Positions 1 to 12,200 of a stretch of DNA of 52,363 bases are shown here, one piece after another. This DNA is from a virus (Duplodnaviria; Caudoviricetes). The notes under the pieces are model-generated. The model saw nothing but the letters and a program-made list of their open reading frames with translations, did no database searches and had not been told where the DNA came from. The number at the start of each line of letters is the position of its first letter. Position 1 is the first letter of the stretch. The stretch lies in IMG/VR virus record IMGVR_UViG_3300022177_000001, positions 1 through 52,363 of that record, one strand, 5' to 3'. A program made the position numbers and the translations under genes.

Positions 1-3
1 TTC

Positions 4-79
4 TGGAGCCAGCATGGAGACTCGAACTCCAGACCTGCTGATTACGAATCAGCTGCTCTACCAACTGAGCTATGCTGGC
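4..79 (-). tRNA. tRNA-Thr (anticodon CGT)
   Basis: Reverse complement GCCAGCATAGCTCAGTTGGTAGAGCAGCTGATT-CGT-AATCAGCAGGTCTGGAGTTCGAGTCTCCATGCTGGCTCCA: acceptor stem, D arm, TTCGA T-loop and encoded CCA end. Confidence 0.97.
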
Positions 80-95
80 CGACGAAAGGATATGC

Positions 96-124
96 TTGAT
101 ACACGCGGCCTCGCGGGGCGTCAA
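96..124 (-). promoter_or_regulatory. Putative sigma70 promoter of tRNA-Thr
   Basis: TTGACG (124-119), 17-bp spacer, TATCAA (101-96), just upstream of the tRNA 5' end. Confidence 0.55.
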
Positions 125-199
125 GGGCAAATTTGATTTGCTCAAATCTGCCCATTTTTGCCCACGATGGTTTGCGTTTTGCGAACCATCTGCGAACCG

Positions 200-883
200 C
201 TATCCCGGCACCTCGTACCCCACTTCGACCGCCAAAATCCGCAGAGCCTTCACGGTGTCCGGATCGTCTCCGGCCAGGATGTCGTCAACCTGATCCTGGA
301 GCGCCAGCCGTTGCCCGACGATGGCCCCGCATATCGTTGCCCAGGGATCGGGCTTGGCCAGGATGCGTACCGTAAAATCCTCGTGCGACATGCCGCGCGC
401 CGCGCAAGCCGCATCAAGGAACGGCGTTGCTGGGGCCACTGCGCCGGGGTCCGTCTCCAGAGCTGTGAGATATGCCGCGTAGACCGTCGCCTCGCGGACC
501 TGGGTTTCCCAGGAGTCACGCTCCACAGAGTCATATTCGGCCGCATACGGGGCCAGGGCCGCCGCGCAACCGCTCGTGATTTCCGCCTGTTTGGCCGCCG
601 CGACGGTCGCGAGATCAAGCCCGGGCTCTCCGGCGAACACGGGGACGCCCTCGGGTTGGTCCGCAATGACGGTCCCAGCCGAAAACGTCGCCCCGGCCAG
701 GGTGGCGGCGAACTCGGGGGCGCACCGCATGATGAGCCCCACCCCGCCGTCCGGCACCGGGCCGACATAGGACAGCGCCCCGCCCGGCGGCTGCACGAAA
801 TCGCCGTCCTCGACAAGCCCGACCTGCGCCAGATCGACAATCAGAGATTCGCGCATCGGCGCATGGAGGTAAATGTCAAGCAT
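200..883 (-). CDS. Tail fibre-associated/assembly-type protein
   Basis: Last gene of the tail operon; contains an ERDSWETQVREA motif typical of small fibre-associated proteins. Confidence 0.55.
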   Translation of the reverse strand: MLDIYLHAPMRESLIVDLAQVGLVEDGDFVQPPGGALSYVGPVPDGGVGLIMRCAPEFAATLAGATFSAGTVIADQPEGVPVFAGEPGLDLATVAAAKQAEITSGCAAALAPYAAEYDSVERDSWETQVREATVYAAYLTALETDPGAVAPATPFLDAACAARGMSHEDFTVRILAKPDPWATICGAIVGQRLALQDQVDDILAGDDPDTVKALRILAVEVGYEVPG

Positions 884-892
884 GGTTGCCCC

Positions 893-2329
893 CTACTGTG
901 TGATAATTTGCTTTTGTTCGGTCGTGAGCACGCGCGGGAAATACGCGAGGTGCTTTATCGCGCCGAAGAAATTTAGTCCTACTTTGATGGTGGTCACCGC
1001 CGGGATACTGCCGGATGTCGCCACAACAGGCGTGCCGCCGTTCAAGACAGCCTCAAAGGCGTTTGCCTTCCAGGAAAATGCGATGCGGCACATGGTATTG
1101 TTTGCCACGCCGCCAAGGTCCAAAATGCATTGATTTACACCGCCGCTCTCGACTCTGGCAGATAGCACCCCTGCCGCCCGGATTATGCGGATTTGGTTGT
1201 TGGACCCGCCATCGTCGATCCTGACAAAGTATTCATACTGGCCCATCGAGCCCGGTGCCGTTGTAGCTGCAACGAAAAGCGTCCCTTCCGTTGCACTGAA
1301 GTCAATCCCCGATGTTGCCACGTTGCAAACGTCCGCTGCCCGGGTCACCGGCCCACCCTCACCAAGAATCGGAGTTGTGGCGAACGAACCCGTTTCCACC
1401 TGGAGATGCTGAACGGTGCCGGAAGGCGTCAGGGTCAATGTCCCGGCTGCGGGCGTGAACGTGTAACTGGTCCTGGTCGGGAATTCCCCGGCGCCAACCA
1501 CTGTAGCCGAGTGCGCCCCGGACAGGATCATGCTCCCGGTGCCGTAAAATGAGATGGTATGAGCGACGGCCGCGACCGTGACGTTTTCCGGGTCAACGGG
1601 CGCGGCTGCGATGGTGTTCAGGCGGGTGGCCCCCCCCTCCACGCGCAGGCCCAAGAGATTGCCGTCCACGTCGTAGCTGAACCTCGGGGCGTTGGTGGTG
1701 TACGATTTGACGGCCGGGGCTTGGCTCAGGGACCACCCCGTGGATGCCCGGGTGAAGCTCACTGTGCCCGGCAAGGTCAGATTCGGCGCGAACAGATTGA
1801 ACGCGGGCTGAATCAACCCCGGGAAAAGCCCGGCCACGCCCCGGATGTCGGCCGCGTGCTTGCTCCAGGTCACGGGCAGGAACGGAGCGGCAATGCCCGA
1901 GGACGTGACGGGCACCAGAAATGCTGTCCACTCCGCGTGCGTCCCCGCGCCGAGAATGCTGATGACGTTGACCGCCATGGCCCCGCTTGAGGGGGAATAC
2001 GACACGACTTGGCCGAACATGCCAGCCGTCGCCGCCTGATTCCACAGGCAAATGTGCTGCCCCGCCACAAAGCCTTTTCCGGTGCTGACGGTCAACGACT
2101 TGGAGCCGGTGCCGATAGCCACGGAGGACGTGGAGACGGCCGTTATCCCAGAGCCGTAGCTGGCCTCTATCATCGTCGCGAAGGTCTCAAGAGACGTTCT
2201 CCATGCGTTGGCCTGGGTGACGAACGTCTCCATGGCGGCCAGAAAGGCGTCTCCTTCGGCGGCAAATTCGTCGGGCCGGTTACTGCTCGGAGCAGACGGG
2301 AGCGGCGTGATGGTGGAAATGACTGGCAT
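893..2329 (-). CDS. Tail fibre/receptor-binding protein with C-terminal lectin (LamG-like) domain
   Basis: S/T/G-rich beta sequence, FTRAS...PRF...GL.VEG motif, C-terminal concanavalin-like pattern, position after tape measure. Confidence 0.7.
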   Translation of the reverse strand: MPVISTITPLPSAPSSNRPDEFAAEGDAFLAAMETFVTQANAWRTSLETFATMIEASYGSGITAVSTSSVAIGTGSKSLTVSTGKGFVAGQHICLWNQAATAGMFGQVVSYSPSSGAMAVNVISILGAGTHAEWTAFLVPVTSSGIAAPFLPVTWSKHAADIRGVAGLFPGLIQPAFNLFAPNLTLPGTVSFTRASTGWSLSQAPAVKSYTTNAPRFSYDVDGNLLGLRVEGGATRLNTIAAAPVDPENVTVAAVAHTISFYGTGSMILSGAHSATVVGAGEFPTRTSYTFTPAAGTLTLTPSGTVQHLQVETGSFATTPILGEGGPVTRAADVCNVATSGIDFSATEGTLFVAATTAPGSMGQYEYFVRIDDGGSNNQIRIIRAAGVLSARVESGGVNQCILDLGGVANNTMCRIAFSWKANAFEAVLNGGTPVVATSGSIPAVTTIKVGLNFFGAIKHLAYFPRVLTTEQKQIITQ

Positions 2330-2338
2330 AGTATCCCC

Positions 2339-3271
2339 CTAGATGAATGCGATGATCCCGATTCGGATTTTGTTCTTGTTGCTTTCGCTTTTCGTGGTGA
2401 TCACGGTATCAAGAGAGCGCAGATACCCATAAATGGTGAGTATCTGTAGCGCCTTTGCCGACGTTGCCGCATTATCCACAACCCAGACGCACGGGAGCGC
2501 GTCAAGGCTTTCAATAAACTGGTGGATAAGGTCTGTCGCCGTCCCGGGGACCATGATGGTGAAACTGCACTCGTCGCTTCGCGCCCCCTGCTTCAGGTAG
2601 ACTTGACCGAATGTGTCGCGCTCTTTTATCGAAAAGCTGTCCATTGACAGGTCAACGCCTACCTCGGTAGCGCCAAGGTATTTTTCGAGCCCGAACACAA
2701 GGGTGCCAATCTTCGAGACCCCGGAAAGATTGGTCACGGTGATCTTCAACTTCGTGTTGTAGGATATCGGGTACGTCCAGAAAACACGGTTCGTGTACTC
2801 GAATTGCTTATAAAAATACTCGTACAAGTTCGTCACGGTGTGGCGCAAGAGCTTGAACGTCTGTTGAGCAATGACAACATCGCTCATGTTCATGAGCGTG
2901 AACGTGATTTCATCGCCAACCACACCAAGGACCGCGACAGTTGACGTCCGGCCCGCGTTCACAACAACCTCCATGTCGCCTGCATAGGTCGAATAGGTGT
3001 TGTTGTACTTGTCGAACATCTTGTGTCTGTTCAGCGCCTCGACTTCGAGCCATGCCGGGGTCGTCCCCTCGGTATTGTCTTCCGGCGTATTCCCTGTGTT
3101 ACTGTCAACAAGGGATTCGTAAATCATGTATGTCGTTTCGCGATAGCACTTCTCGCCGGTAGCATACGTTGTTGCAGGGTTATACAACGCCGGTTCGCCC
3201 GTGTCCGGCATAGGGATGTTCGAGCTTATCAGCTTGTCATGCAGAGAGCTTGTGTTGTAGATTACTTTCAT
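2339..3271 (-). CDS. Minor tail protein
   Basis: 310 aa, translationally coupled to the tape measure gene (4-bp overlap). Confidence 0.65.
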   Translation of the reverse strand: MKVIYNTSSLHDKLISSNIPMPDTGEPALYNPATTYATGEKCYRETTYMIYESLVDSNTGNTPEDNTEGTTPAWLEVEALNRHKMFDKYNNTYSTYAGDMEVVVNAGRTSTVAVLGVVGDEITFTLMNMSDVVIAQQTFKLLRHTVTNLYEYFYKQFEYTNRVFWTYPISYNTKLKITVTNLSGVSKIGTLVFGLEKYLGATEVGVDLSMDSFSIKERDTFGQVYLKQGARSDECSFTIMVPGTATDLIHQFIESLDALPCVWVVDNAATSAKALQILTIYGYLRSLDTVITTKSESNKNKIRIGIIAFI

Positions 3272-6200
3272 TGCACGCCCCCTGTCTCAAGAAACTTGAG
3301 CATCCGCTTGTTCGTTTGCTTCGTGTCGGACGCATGAACAGCGGTACTGTACGTGTTGTCTCGAATCTCCTTCATGAGCGCCGTGTTCTGCCGCTTCAGG
3401 TCACGGACCTCGGCCACGAGTTCCGCATACCCGTCGCCGGAGTTTTTCCACGGGGCCGTGAGATCGACGGGAATTTTTCCGTTCTTGAGCGGGACGTGGG
3501 CCTCCGGCCCGGTTTCTGCGACGTAGGCGAGCTGTGGAGTCCAGGAAATGCCGCCCTCTGCAAAGCCAGGGATGTCAACTCCAAGTTTCGTCTCGACGCC
3601 CTTCAGTGCCGCATAAAAGTCCGCGAGTTTGGCGTCCAAAAGCATCGCGTACGATGCATCTTGAACCTTCCACGTGCTCATCGACTGGTATCTTGTGATT
3701 TCGTCCTTCAAGGTACTGACAAGGCTGTTCTTCTGCGATGTCGTCAGCCCGGACGCGCTCGCATCGGTGACCAGCTTTGAAATCGCGCTTGAGCGCGAAA
3801 GGATGGTGCTTACAACCTGCTCCGCCGTCTTTCCGGTATCCGTGACACCGCTCACTCCAGACGTTGGGATTTCCATCCCGGTCCACAGCGCCAGCTCTTT
3901 TTCCAGGGTCGCAATTTGCGAGGACAATCCCTGCGCGGTCTGCATGTGCGAGATGGCCGCCATGGGGACGCCCATGATCATGGCCATCATGGCCGAATTG
4001 TTGGCGCTCGACTGAGTGTCCTTCAGTGCCGAAATCTGGGCCGTCAGCGTCTCCACCTTTGTCTGACGCACCAAGTAAGCCTGGATGCCCTTAAAATATT
4101 CCTTCATGTCGCTTTGGACCTGGAGCTGCTTGTCGATCTTGTCTTGCAGCGACCGGGCTTCGCTTTGCCGCGACGTGATGGACGCCTGAATTTTCGCAAC
4201 AACGTCGTCGCGGTACGTGTCCATGGCCTCAATCAGCTTCGCCCAGTCTTCCTGTTGCGCCGTGCCGTCGATCTTGTCCTGCAGTGCATCAAGGAGCGCC
4301 TGGGAAATATCAATGGGCTTCCCGACGGCCAGCGAAACCTGATACAGGGAATCAATCTGCGCCTTTAAAATGCTGGCCTGAGCGGATGAAAGTTGGCTGA
4401 TATCCAGAGTATTCTTCGACAGCGCGGCCTTGAGTTGCGCCTCGGTGTCGATGCTCGCGCCCCGGATCGTCTTCAGGTCGGACCCAAGCAGTTTCTCCGT
4501 GATCTTTACCCGGGCCTCTTCCAAGAGCTTGCGCAGGGCCTCGGACGCGACCGGTGAACCCACGTTCAAAATGTCCTGGATGGCGCTCATTGCGCCCTTG
4601 ACGGCCCCGTCCAGAATGCCAAGCTGGGACTTCTGGATGACCGCCTGAAAGGCCGCAAAATCGGTCTTGCCCAGCTTGTAGTCGGTGACGGCCGTGCGGA
4701 GCGCCACGAGTTCTTCCCGCGCGCCCTTGACGCCCTGGCGGATCAACAGCAGTTGCTGATTCTCCAGGGTCGCTATCCACATCTGGACTTGATCTTGCTC
4801 AACCGCGTAGGCCTTCAGGGTCTCCAGTATCCCCGACAGGACGGCCCGTGCGCCCTTGGCGTTCGTGATAACGAGGTTGTATTGAGCCTTGTTGAGCTGC
4901 GTGATGATCGACGAGGCAACGTCATCCTCAAGCTTGTAGCCCGGGAGCGCGCTTTTGATTTTGTCGATAGCGGCGAGCGCGCCACTGACGTTCCCCTTCG
5001 AAAGGGCCGACTGTGCGGCCGACAAATCCGTTTCAAGCTTTGCCCTGACATCCTCGGGGAGGTCGTAGTCCGCCAGGGCCTTCTGGAGCGACGTAAGGGC
5101 CGCCACAGCCCCTGCGACGTTGGTCACGGAAAGTGCGTCCTGCATGGCGGAAAGCTTGCCCGTGAGGTCTGCCCGCACGGTCGCAGAGAGGTCGTACCCG
5201 GAAAGTGCGTCCCGGAGGCTCATGGACGCCAAGTAGGCGGCCACGGTCCCGGCATAGGTCAAGGCATCCTGGACGGCGGTAAACTCCTGGATCAGAGCGG
5301 ATTTCGTGCCCGCGTCCAGTTCAAGCTTCGATACGGCCAACAGAATTTCATCCAGGGCCTTCTGTGCCGCTGTGGCGTCGGTGACGACAAGCTCGCGCTG
5401 GATGCGCGCCATGTGCTCGAGAAGCGTTGCCTTCATGCTCGCGTCGATGGCATACGCGGCGATGGAGTCCCGCACCTCGGCAAGCTCTTCAAGCGCGGCC
5501 AGTGCCCCCTGCGTGGTCAGCGTGGCCTGCAAATCCGTGAGCTGCCCGATAAGCTGCGCCTGGATGGACGCCGGGAGTCCGAAAGAGCCGATGGCGGCCA
5601 GCAGGGTTTCGATTTCCTTTGCCGCCGCGTCCGTGCTGGTCACGACAAGGCTTTGCTCAAGGGCCGAAATCTTGGATACAAGGGATGATTGGGTGGCGGC
5701 GTCCAGGTCATAAGCGTCGAGGGAATCTCTCAGCACCGCCAGGGCCTCCAGCGCGGCCAGTGCCCCGCCCGAGACAAGGAGGTCTTGCACCCGCTGGAAT
5801 TCCAAGATGGCTTTGGTAGCCGTATTGGGATCGGCCTCATAGGCTGCGATGTCTTTGCGCAGGGATTCCAGTTCCCGCAAAACAGCTTGGTTGCCCGTTG
5901 CGGCAATCTTGTTCTGCGCTTCCTCGAAAAGCACCACCAACGCCGCATACGACTCTTCCCCGGCCACGTACCCTTCGATGGAGGTCTTGACCTTTTCAAG
6001 CACGTCCGTTGCGTTGGTGATGGTGTCCGAGATCAGCCCGTGCTGGAGGTTGGAGAATTTGACGTACATCTCCGCAAACGAGATGTCCCCGGCCGTGTAG
6101 GCGGCAAGGGCCTTTTCAAACCCGTCGAGGGCGCTCAACGCGGTCAGCGTGACCGTATCGACAATCTGGACTTGCGCGTTCTGGAAAGCCCTCGTCAGCC

Positions 6201-9200
6201 CGGCAAGGTCAATGTCGCCTTCCTCGAAATCGGTGACAGCCTGCTCCAGGTCTTTCAGCGACTGGAGCGACGCGGCGGCGGCCGTCCCGGTCAGTTCCAC
6301 GAGCACCGCGCCAAGCTGGTCGGAAAGCGCGGCCGTCGTCGCCGCAGGGAGGCTGTACCCCGGGAGCGCGGCCTGGAACGCCTGGACGGCTTTCACGGCG
6401 TCCTCTGTGGATCGGTTCGCAAGGGCATCCTGGATGGCCCTGATTTGTGCCGTGATGCTGGTGGCGACGCTGCCGGAGATGTTGTAGGATGCAAACGTCT
6501 CCGTAAGTCCCTCAAGTTCGGTCCCGGCAGAGGACAGGACGGCCTCTAAAAACTCGACCTGGGCCGTCTGAATCTTGGTCCGGGTCGCATCGAAATCGAT
6601 GGTGTTTCCCAGGTAGTCGGAAAGGCTCTTGGTCGGGTCTTGCAGGATGGCCAGGAGGTCTTCGGCCTCAAGGAGCAAATCCGGATCGCCGAACGCGGCC
6701 AGGATGCTCTGCATAGTGGACAGCAGCGCGGCCTGGATTTCGGAAAGCGCCTTGAGCAAGTCTTCCTTGTCGGCAAAGTCGTCCGACGTATCCGCAAGGG
6801 AGTTCAACTCGTTCAGGGTCTTGTAGTAGGCCCTGCGGTACTCCAGCGGGTCTGTGGTGGACTTTTGCAGCGCGGAAAGCATGGTCTGCGCCTGCCCGCC
6901 AATCTCCGACAATGCCGTCCTGTTCCCGGTGAGCGCCAGATTGTAGGTAGCCTTGTACGAGTTCAAGGCTTCCTTGTACTTCGCTCCAGGGTCAAGGACG
7001 CTTTCTGCACTCTGCGTGAGGTCTTCAATGACATCGCGGATGGAGTCTGCGGCGCTCCGGTAGGCGTCGGCGGCCTCCTGGGCCAGAAGCGCCTGCTCCT
7101 GCATCAACTGCGCCTGCTTCTTGAAGCTGTTTTCCAGCGTCGTCGCTATGGAGTCGTAGCTTTCCCCCGTAACGTCCAGGTTCAGCATTTTCCGAAGCTG
7201 CGCCTCAAGCTCGTAGATTTGCGTTTCGACCAGCGCGAGCTGCTGGGCGTAGGTCATGCTGCTGGCCCGGGCCTCGGCAAGCTCCTGCTCGGCGTCGATC
7301 AAGGACTTGAGCGCGTCGGCCTCTTTTGTCCGGTCGTCGGCCAGAAGCCGCCGGTGCTCCAGGCCCTTGTCGAATGCCCATTCCTTGAACTCGATGGCCT
7401 CCAGTTGCCGCTGCATCTCTTGGAGCCCCGACACATAGGCCGAGATTTCGGACCACCAGCCGAACGCAGAGGGCGGCATGGCGCTATCCATGGCCTCCTG
7501 ATAGGCGGCCCAAAATGCGTCAACGTTGCCCTTGATCCACGAGACATCGAAGCCGGGAAGATACGACGATGCGTCTTCCGACTTGTTCTTAAATTCCGCA
7601 AGGTAGTAAGAGAGCGCGTTTTCGACCTGTTCACGGCTCGTGAACGCTCCTTCGGAGAAGCGTTCTATGGCCGCCTCGAATGCATCCTCGTCGCCTGCGG
7701 CTTTAACCAGCAGCTCGGAATACTGCGCGGCCAGGATGTTGCTCAGTTGCGTTTTGAACTGCTTGAAGTAGTTGATGACATCAACCGTGGCGTCCGAAAT
7801 GTCGTCGTATCCGAGCGCCTGCCGCTCCATGGCTGCCATCAGCTCGTCTGACGTGGCGCTCAGGCCCTTGGACACGGCGGCATACTGCAATACTTGGTCG
7901 TCGGTGATGCCCGACATTTTCACCAAGTTCATCCCCATGGACTCGACACGGGGCTTGACCGTCGCGAACGCCTCGCCAAGACGGATCAGTACGGCGTCCA
8001 GGGATTCGTAGCCGTCCTGGGCCATCGCGACCGCATTGGCCAGGTCTCCCAGGGCGTAGGCGGCGGCCTGCGACCGCATCACGAATTCCACGGCCCCCTG
8101 AAGCTCGTCCGGAACAGGGATGCCGACGAAGCTGAAGGATCGCTCCCAGCCCTTGGTGAAGTCGATTTCGAGGGCCTTCATGGCCTCGTTCATCGAATCG
8201 ACGTTCTCCTGGAAAGCCTTCCGGGCCGCGTCCAGCTCGGCCGGATCGATGGCGGAGATTTTGTAGCTGCCATCGTCCATTTGGGTGTAGCCGTAGCCGA
8301 GCATCGAACCGCCGAGCCAGGCCGTGGCACGGCCCTGCCAGACGGGCTGGGCCTCCTTCTTTTTTTCCTGCTCGGTCATCCCGCTAAAAATACTAACGAG
8401 TCCGCCGATTCCGGCCACGAGCCCGCCGACAACAGGGTTTACCAATGTCAGCAAAGAGCCAGCCGTCATCAACCCGCCGCCGATGCCCATAAGCGTGTTC
8501 CCGGACGCGAACCCCCCGGCGGCCGTGGCCATACCCGCCGCCGCACCCAATGCCGCCGTTCCGTTTCTGCTCCACCAGCCTCCGGAGGGATTGGCGTACT
8601 GATTCCCCTGGTAGCCGTAAGACAAGGTGCTGCGCCCGTCGTGCGTGGAGTATCCGCCGTTGTACCGGGCGTTGTTGCCGCCCCCAGATAGCGCGGAGAG
8701 GATGTCCCCAACCCCAGCCCCGCCGCCGGAGGACGATCCTCCCAGCAAGGCCCCGAACACGTTCTTTTTCAGCCACTCCGCAAGCATGTCCTCAAGGAAC
8801 GAAATGAAGCTGTCCAGAAGCCGGTTCAGCATCGACTTCCAGGCGTCCTCAAAACTCTTGATGTCGCCCGACGCCAAGCCGCGAAGTGCATCCCCAAGGC
8901 CCTGCGCGATGCCCTCGGAAAGGTCGTTGGACAGCGAAAGCATGCGCTCGGCCGTGCGCTTCCATTCGTCTTGGAGCTGGCCCATGGCCGACTTGTAGGA
9001 ACCGCTGTCGAGGGCAAAGACGGCCTGGATGGCCTCGCCGAGGTTGCGCGGGGCGTTGGCCTGGGCTTCGAGCTTGCGGCGGTTGTAGTCGTCCCACTGT
9101 TGGGCCGCGTAAATCTTGTAGGCCAGTTCGTCTTCGGCGCTCTCTTTGACGACGGCCAGCTTCTCTTCGACCAGGGCCTTTTCGGCGTCCCAATACTTCG

Positions 9201-12200
9201 AGGAGACGGAAGACATGGCCTCGTAGGCGTCGCGGTTGATTTCAAGCCGCTTGAGCGCCACGCCCTGTTCGAGGGCAGTCCGGAGTTCGGCGCGCTGCGC
9301 TTCGTCCTGCGTGGCCTGATCGATGGCTTGCCGGGCCTGCTTCTCCCACGCCTCAAGGTCCATGAGCCCGGCCTTGATCTTGAGGTCAGGGGAGCCGGAG
9401 GCGTCCGCGATGTCGCCCATGATGTCGGCCACGCGCCTCAAGGACTCGGCAAGCGCCTGCGCCTCCACGGATTGGCGTTCAAGTCCGCGCGCCCGGTCTA
9501 TCTGCGCCATGGCCTCGGCGGCCTGTTCGGCGGACAGCTTCGCGCTGCCAACGCGGCGCTCCCACTCGTTCCACCGCTTATCCACCTGGGCCAGCTTGGA
9601 CTGCACGGAATCGCCCGACAGCGCGGCTTCGACCATGGCAATCTGGTCGCTCAGGGAGGCCAGGAAGTTTTCGGCCTGTTGCGCGGCCTTGGCGGCGGAT
9701 GCGCCGGAACGGGAGGCGGCCTTGGCCGCTCGTTCTTCCGCCGTGGCGATGTCGTCCAGACGCCCCTTGCGGGCTTTCTCCGCTGCCGCCAGGGCTTCCT
9801 GCGCCTTGGCGCGTTGCGTCTCGGAAAGCGCGGCGTCGTTGACAAGCGGGGCATATCTTTCGATGGCCTGCTTATACTCGTTCTCCACCTGGATGCGTTT
9901 TTCGGCGGCGGTGTTGTACTGATTGGCGGCGGAAATCTCTTTTTCCGCATGAGCAAGCGCCTGCCCGGCGCTGGTGTTGTCGAAAACGTCTTTTTGCGCC
10001 TTCGCCGCTGCCTCTTGTTTTTCGGCCAGGACTTCAAGGCCACGGGCGTATAGGGCATTCTTTTCTTCGATGGCGGAAAGCGTGCTGAAATACTCTCTTG
10101 GGTCAAGAGCCGTGCCAAGTTTCCCTTGAAGGTCACTGATCTCGGATGCAAGAATTTTCTGAGCGTTCAACCCCGACTCATACGAAGACGCGGCATCTTC
10201 CGCTTTCCCCATAGATGTCTTCGCGAACTCCGAATTGATGTAGGCGATGGCCTTGGACACTTGCGACGTGTTCACGTTGACCGTCACATAGGCATGCCAC
10301 TCCTGGCCGGTCAGGCGGCGAATCTGCGCCTCAAGCTCCTTGATCTTCGCCGCCATTTCGTCGGCGCTTTCGCCGGACGGCGAGAAATCAAGCTGCTTCG
10401 CCTGGATATCGACCAGAATTTTGAAATAATCGTTGGCCTGGTTTTTGAGAGATTCAACCTGTGCTGCACGTATGTCTATCCCTCGTTGAAGTTCCGCAGA
10501 AGAACCTTCGGTATCCGCCACGGCGGCCGAAAGAAAGGTGCTAAGGCCTGGGATTCTTGTTTTCTTGAGGGCTTCAGCTATAAGGGTACGCATCCCGACG
10601 CCGCTAAAGGCATCGCTTTCGCCTGTGTTGATGTTTTCAAAGTGCTGTTCGACAACGCGAGAGGACTTCAACCCCTCTTCAATCCCCTTGAACAACCCGC
10701 CAGCAATTTTCAGCCCTGCGGCAAACGCATCTGTTTCGCCCATTTCAGACAAAATTTTGGTGACACTGTTCTTGATGCGCTCCATGTTCGCATCAATGGA
10801 TTGCGCCCCCTTCTCCCACCCCACGGCAAAGTTCTCCATCTCCATGGCCAACTTGGGGATGAAGTCCTTGGAAATAACCTGCCCTTCCTCCATGAGCTTG
10901 CGAAATTCGGCCACGGTCACACCAACAGCGTTCGCGCCCATCTGCATGGCACCGGGGATGCGCTCGGCGAATTGGGACCGGAACTCTTCGGCGCTCACCG
11001 TGCCCTTTGAAATCATCTGTTGCAGGGCCACCAACGTACCGTTCACGTCCTCCGTGGTGCCGCCCACCTTCGTGACGGTCTTGGACGTGGCCTCGAAAAT
11101 CTTTCGGGCCTGCTCCGTGGAGACGCCCGCATATTCGGCCGACGCGGCGAACTTGAGGTAGGACTTCGATGTCTCGATGAGCCCCTTGCCCATCATGTCG
11201 GCCTGGGTCGTGATGTAGTTCTGCGTTTCCCCGGCACGCGCGCCAAAAACGCCCTCGTAGGACTTGCGGAACTTGTCCATGGCGGCCGTGGCTTCGTAAA
11301 TCTTGACTGGTATTTGCTCAAAAAGACTGATGATCTGGTAAAATCCTCCGTACATGGCCGTGTTGACAAATGCCTGTCCGAACTGCTTCCCGATGCCCCC
11401 AGCCTCGTTCAGGGTCACGCCAAGCTGCTTTTCAAGCGACGCGATCTCTTTCTTGGAAAGCTGTGCATCATCGGCCAGCCGCCGCAAGGCGTCTGTTTTG
11501 ACGCGGACCTCGATGCCGCGTTGGGCTCGGGCCGAAAACCCGGCAAACTCCTTTTCGGCCATACCGAGCGACCCGGCGAGAACCTGAATGTCGGCCTTCG
11601 ACCGCTGCGTGGCGGACTGGACGGAACCCTGGAAAGCCTTGGCGGCGGCGGCGGCAGACCCAAGCGCGGGGGGCACTTCGGCTATTTTGGTGATGAGCGG
11701 ATCAAGGGCCTTCCCGGCGCCCCTGAAAGCCGCCTCGATGTTGGCGGACTCGCGGAACATCGACCCCGCCACGTCCTTGCTTTGGACAACCCCGGAATGC
11801 TGCGTGGCCCGATAGAAATCATCGATGACCCGGGAGAGTTCAACGCCCGTGTTCTTCGCGGCGGCCCTGGTTGTATTTAGGGACCGTTCGATGTTGCTGA
11901 AAAACTGATCGAAATTGGAGTCAAAGCCCGACGCCTTGAAGTTGCTGGCGGGGTCAAAGACCATGGCGGACTGCATTCGCTGTATGGCCTGGGCGGCAGC
12001 CTGGACGGACTGCAAGGCTTTGTCGGCCCCGGCCTTGGCCGAAGCCCCGAAGCTCTGAAACAGCCTGTCCGCAACCCCGAGCTTGGCGGCGAGTTCGGCC
12101 GTGGCGGATGCGGCGAGACGGTTTTTCTCAGAAAAATTGGCCAGGGCCTTGGCCGCCGCATCCATGGCCATGTTCTTTGAAACTTGATCCTGGAGGGCCT

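Noticed and set aside
893-2329. Diversity-generating retroelement target or invertible tail fibre
   Set aside because: No reverse transcriptase, template repeat or invertase seen in the window.
3250-12200. Long plus-strand ORFs antisense to the tape measure gene (likewise opposite capsid and terminase)
   Set aside because: Typical high-GC shadow ORFs with no motifs or RBS.
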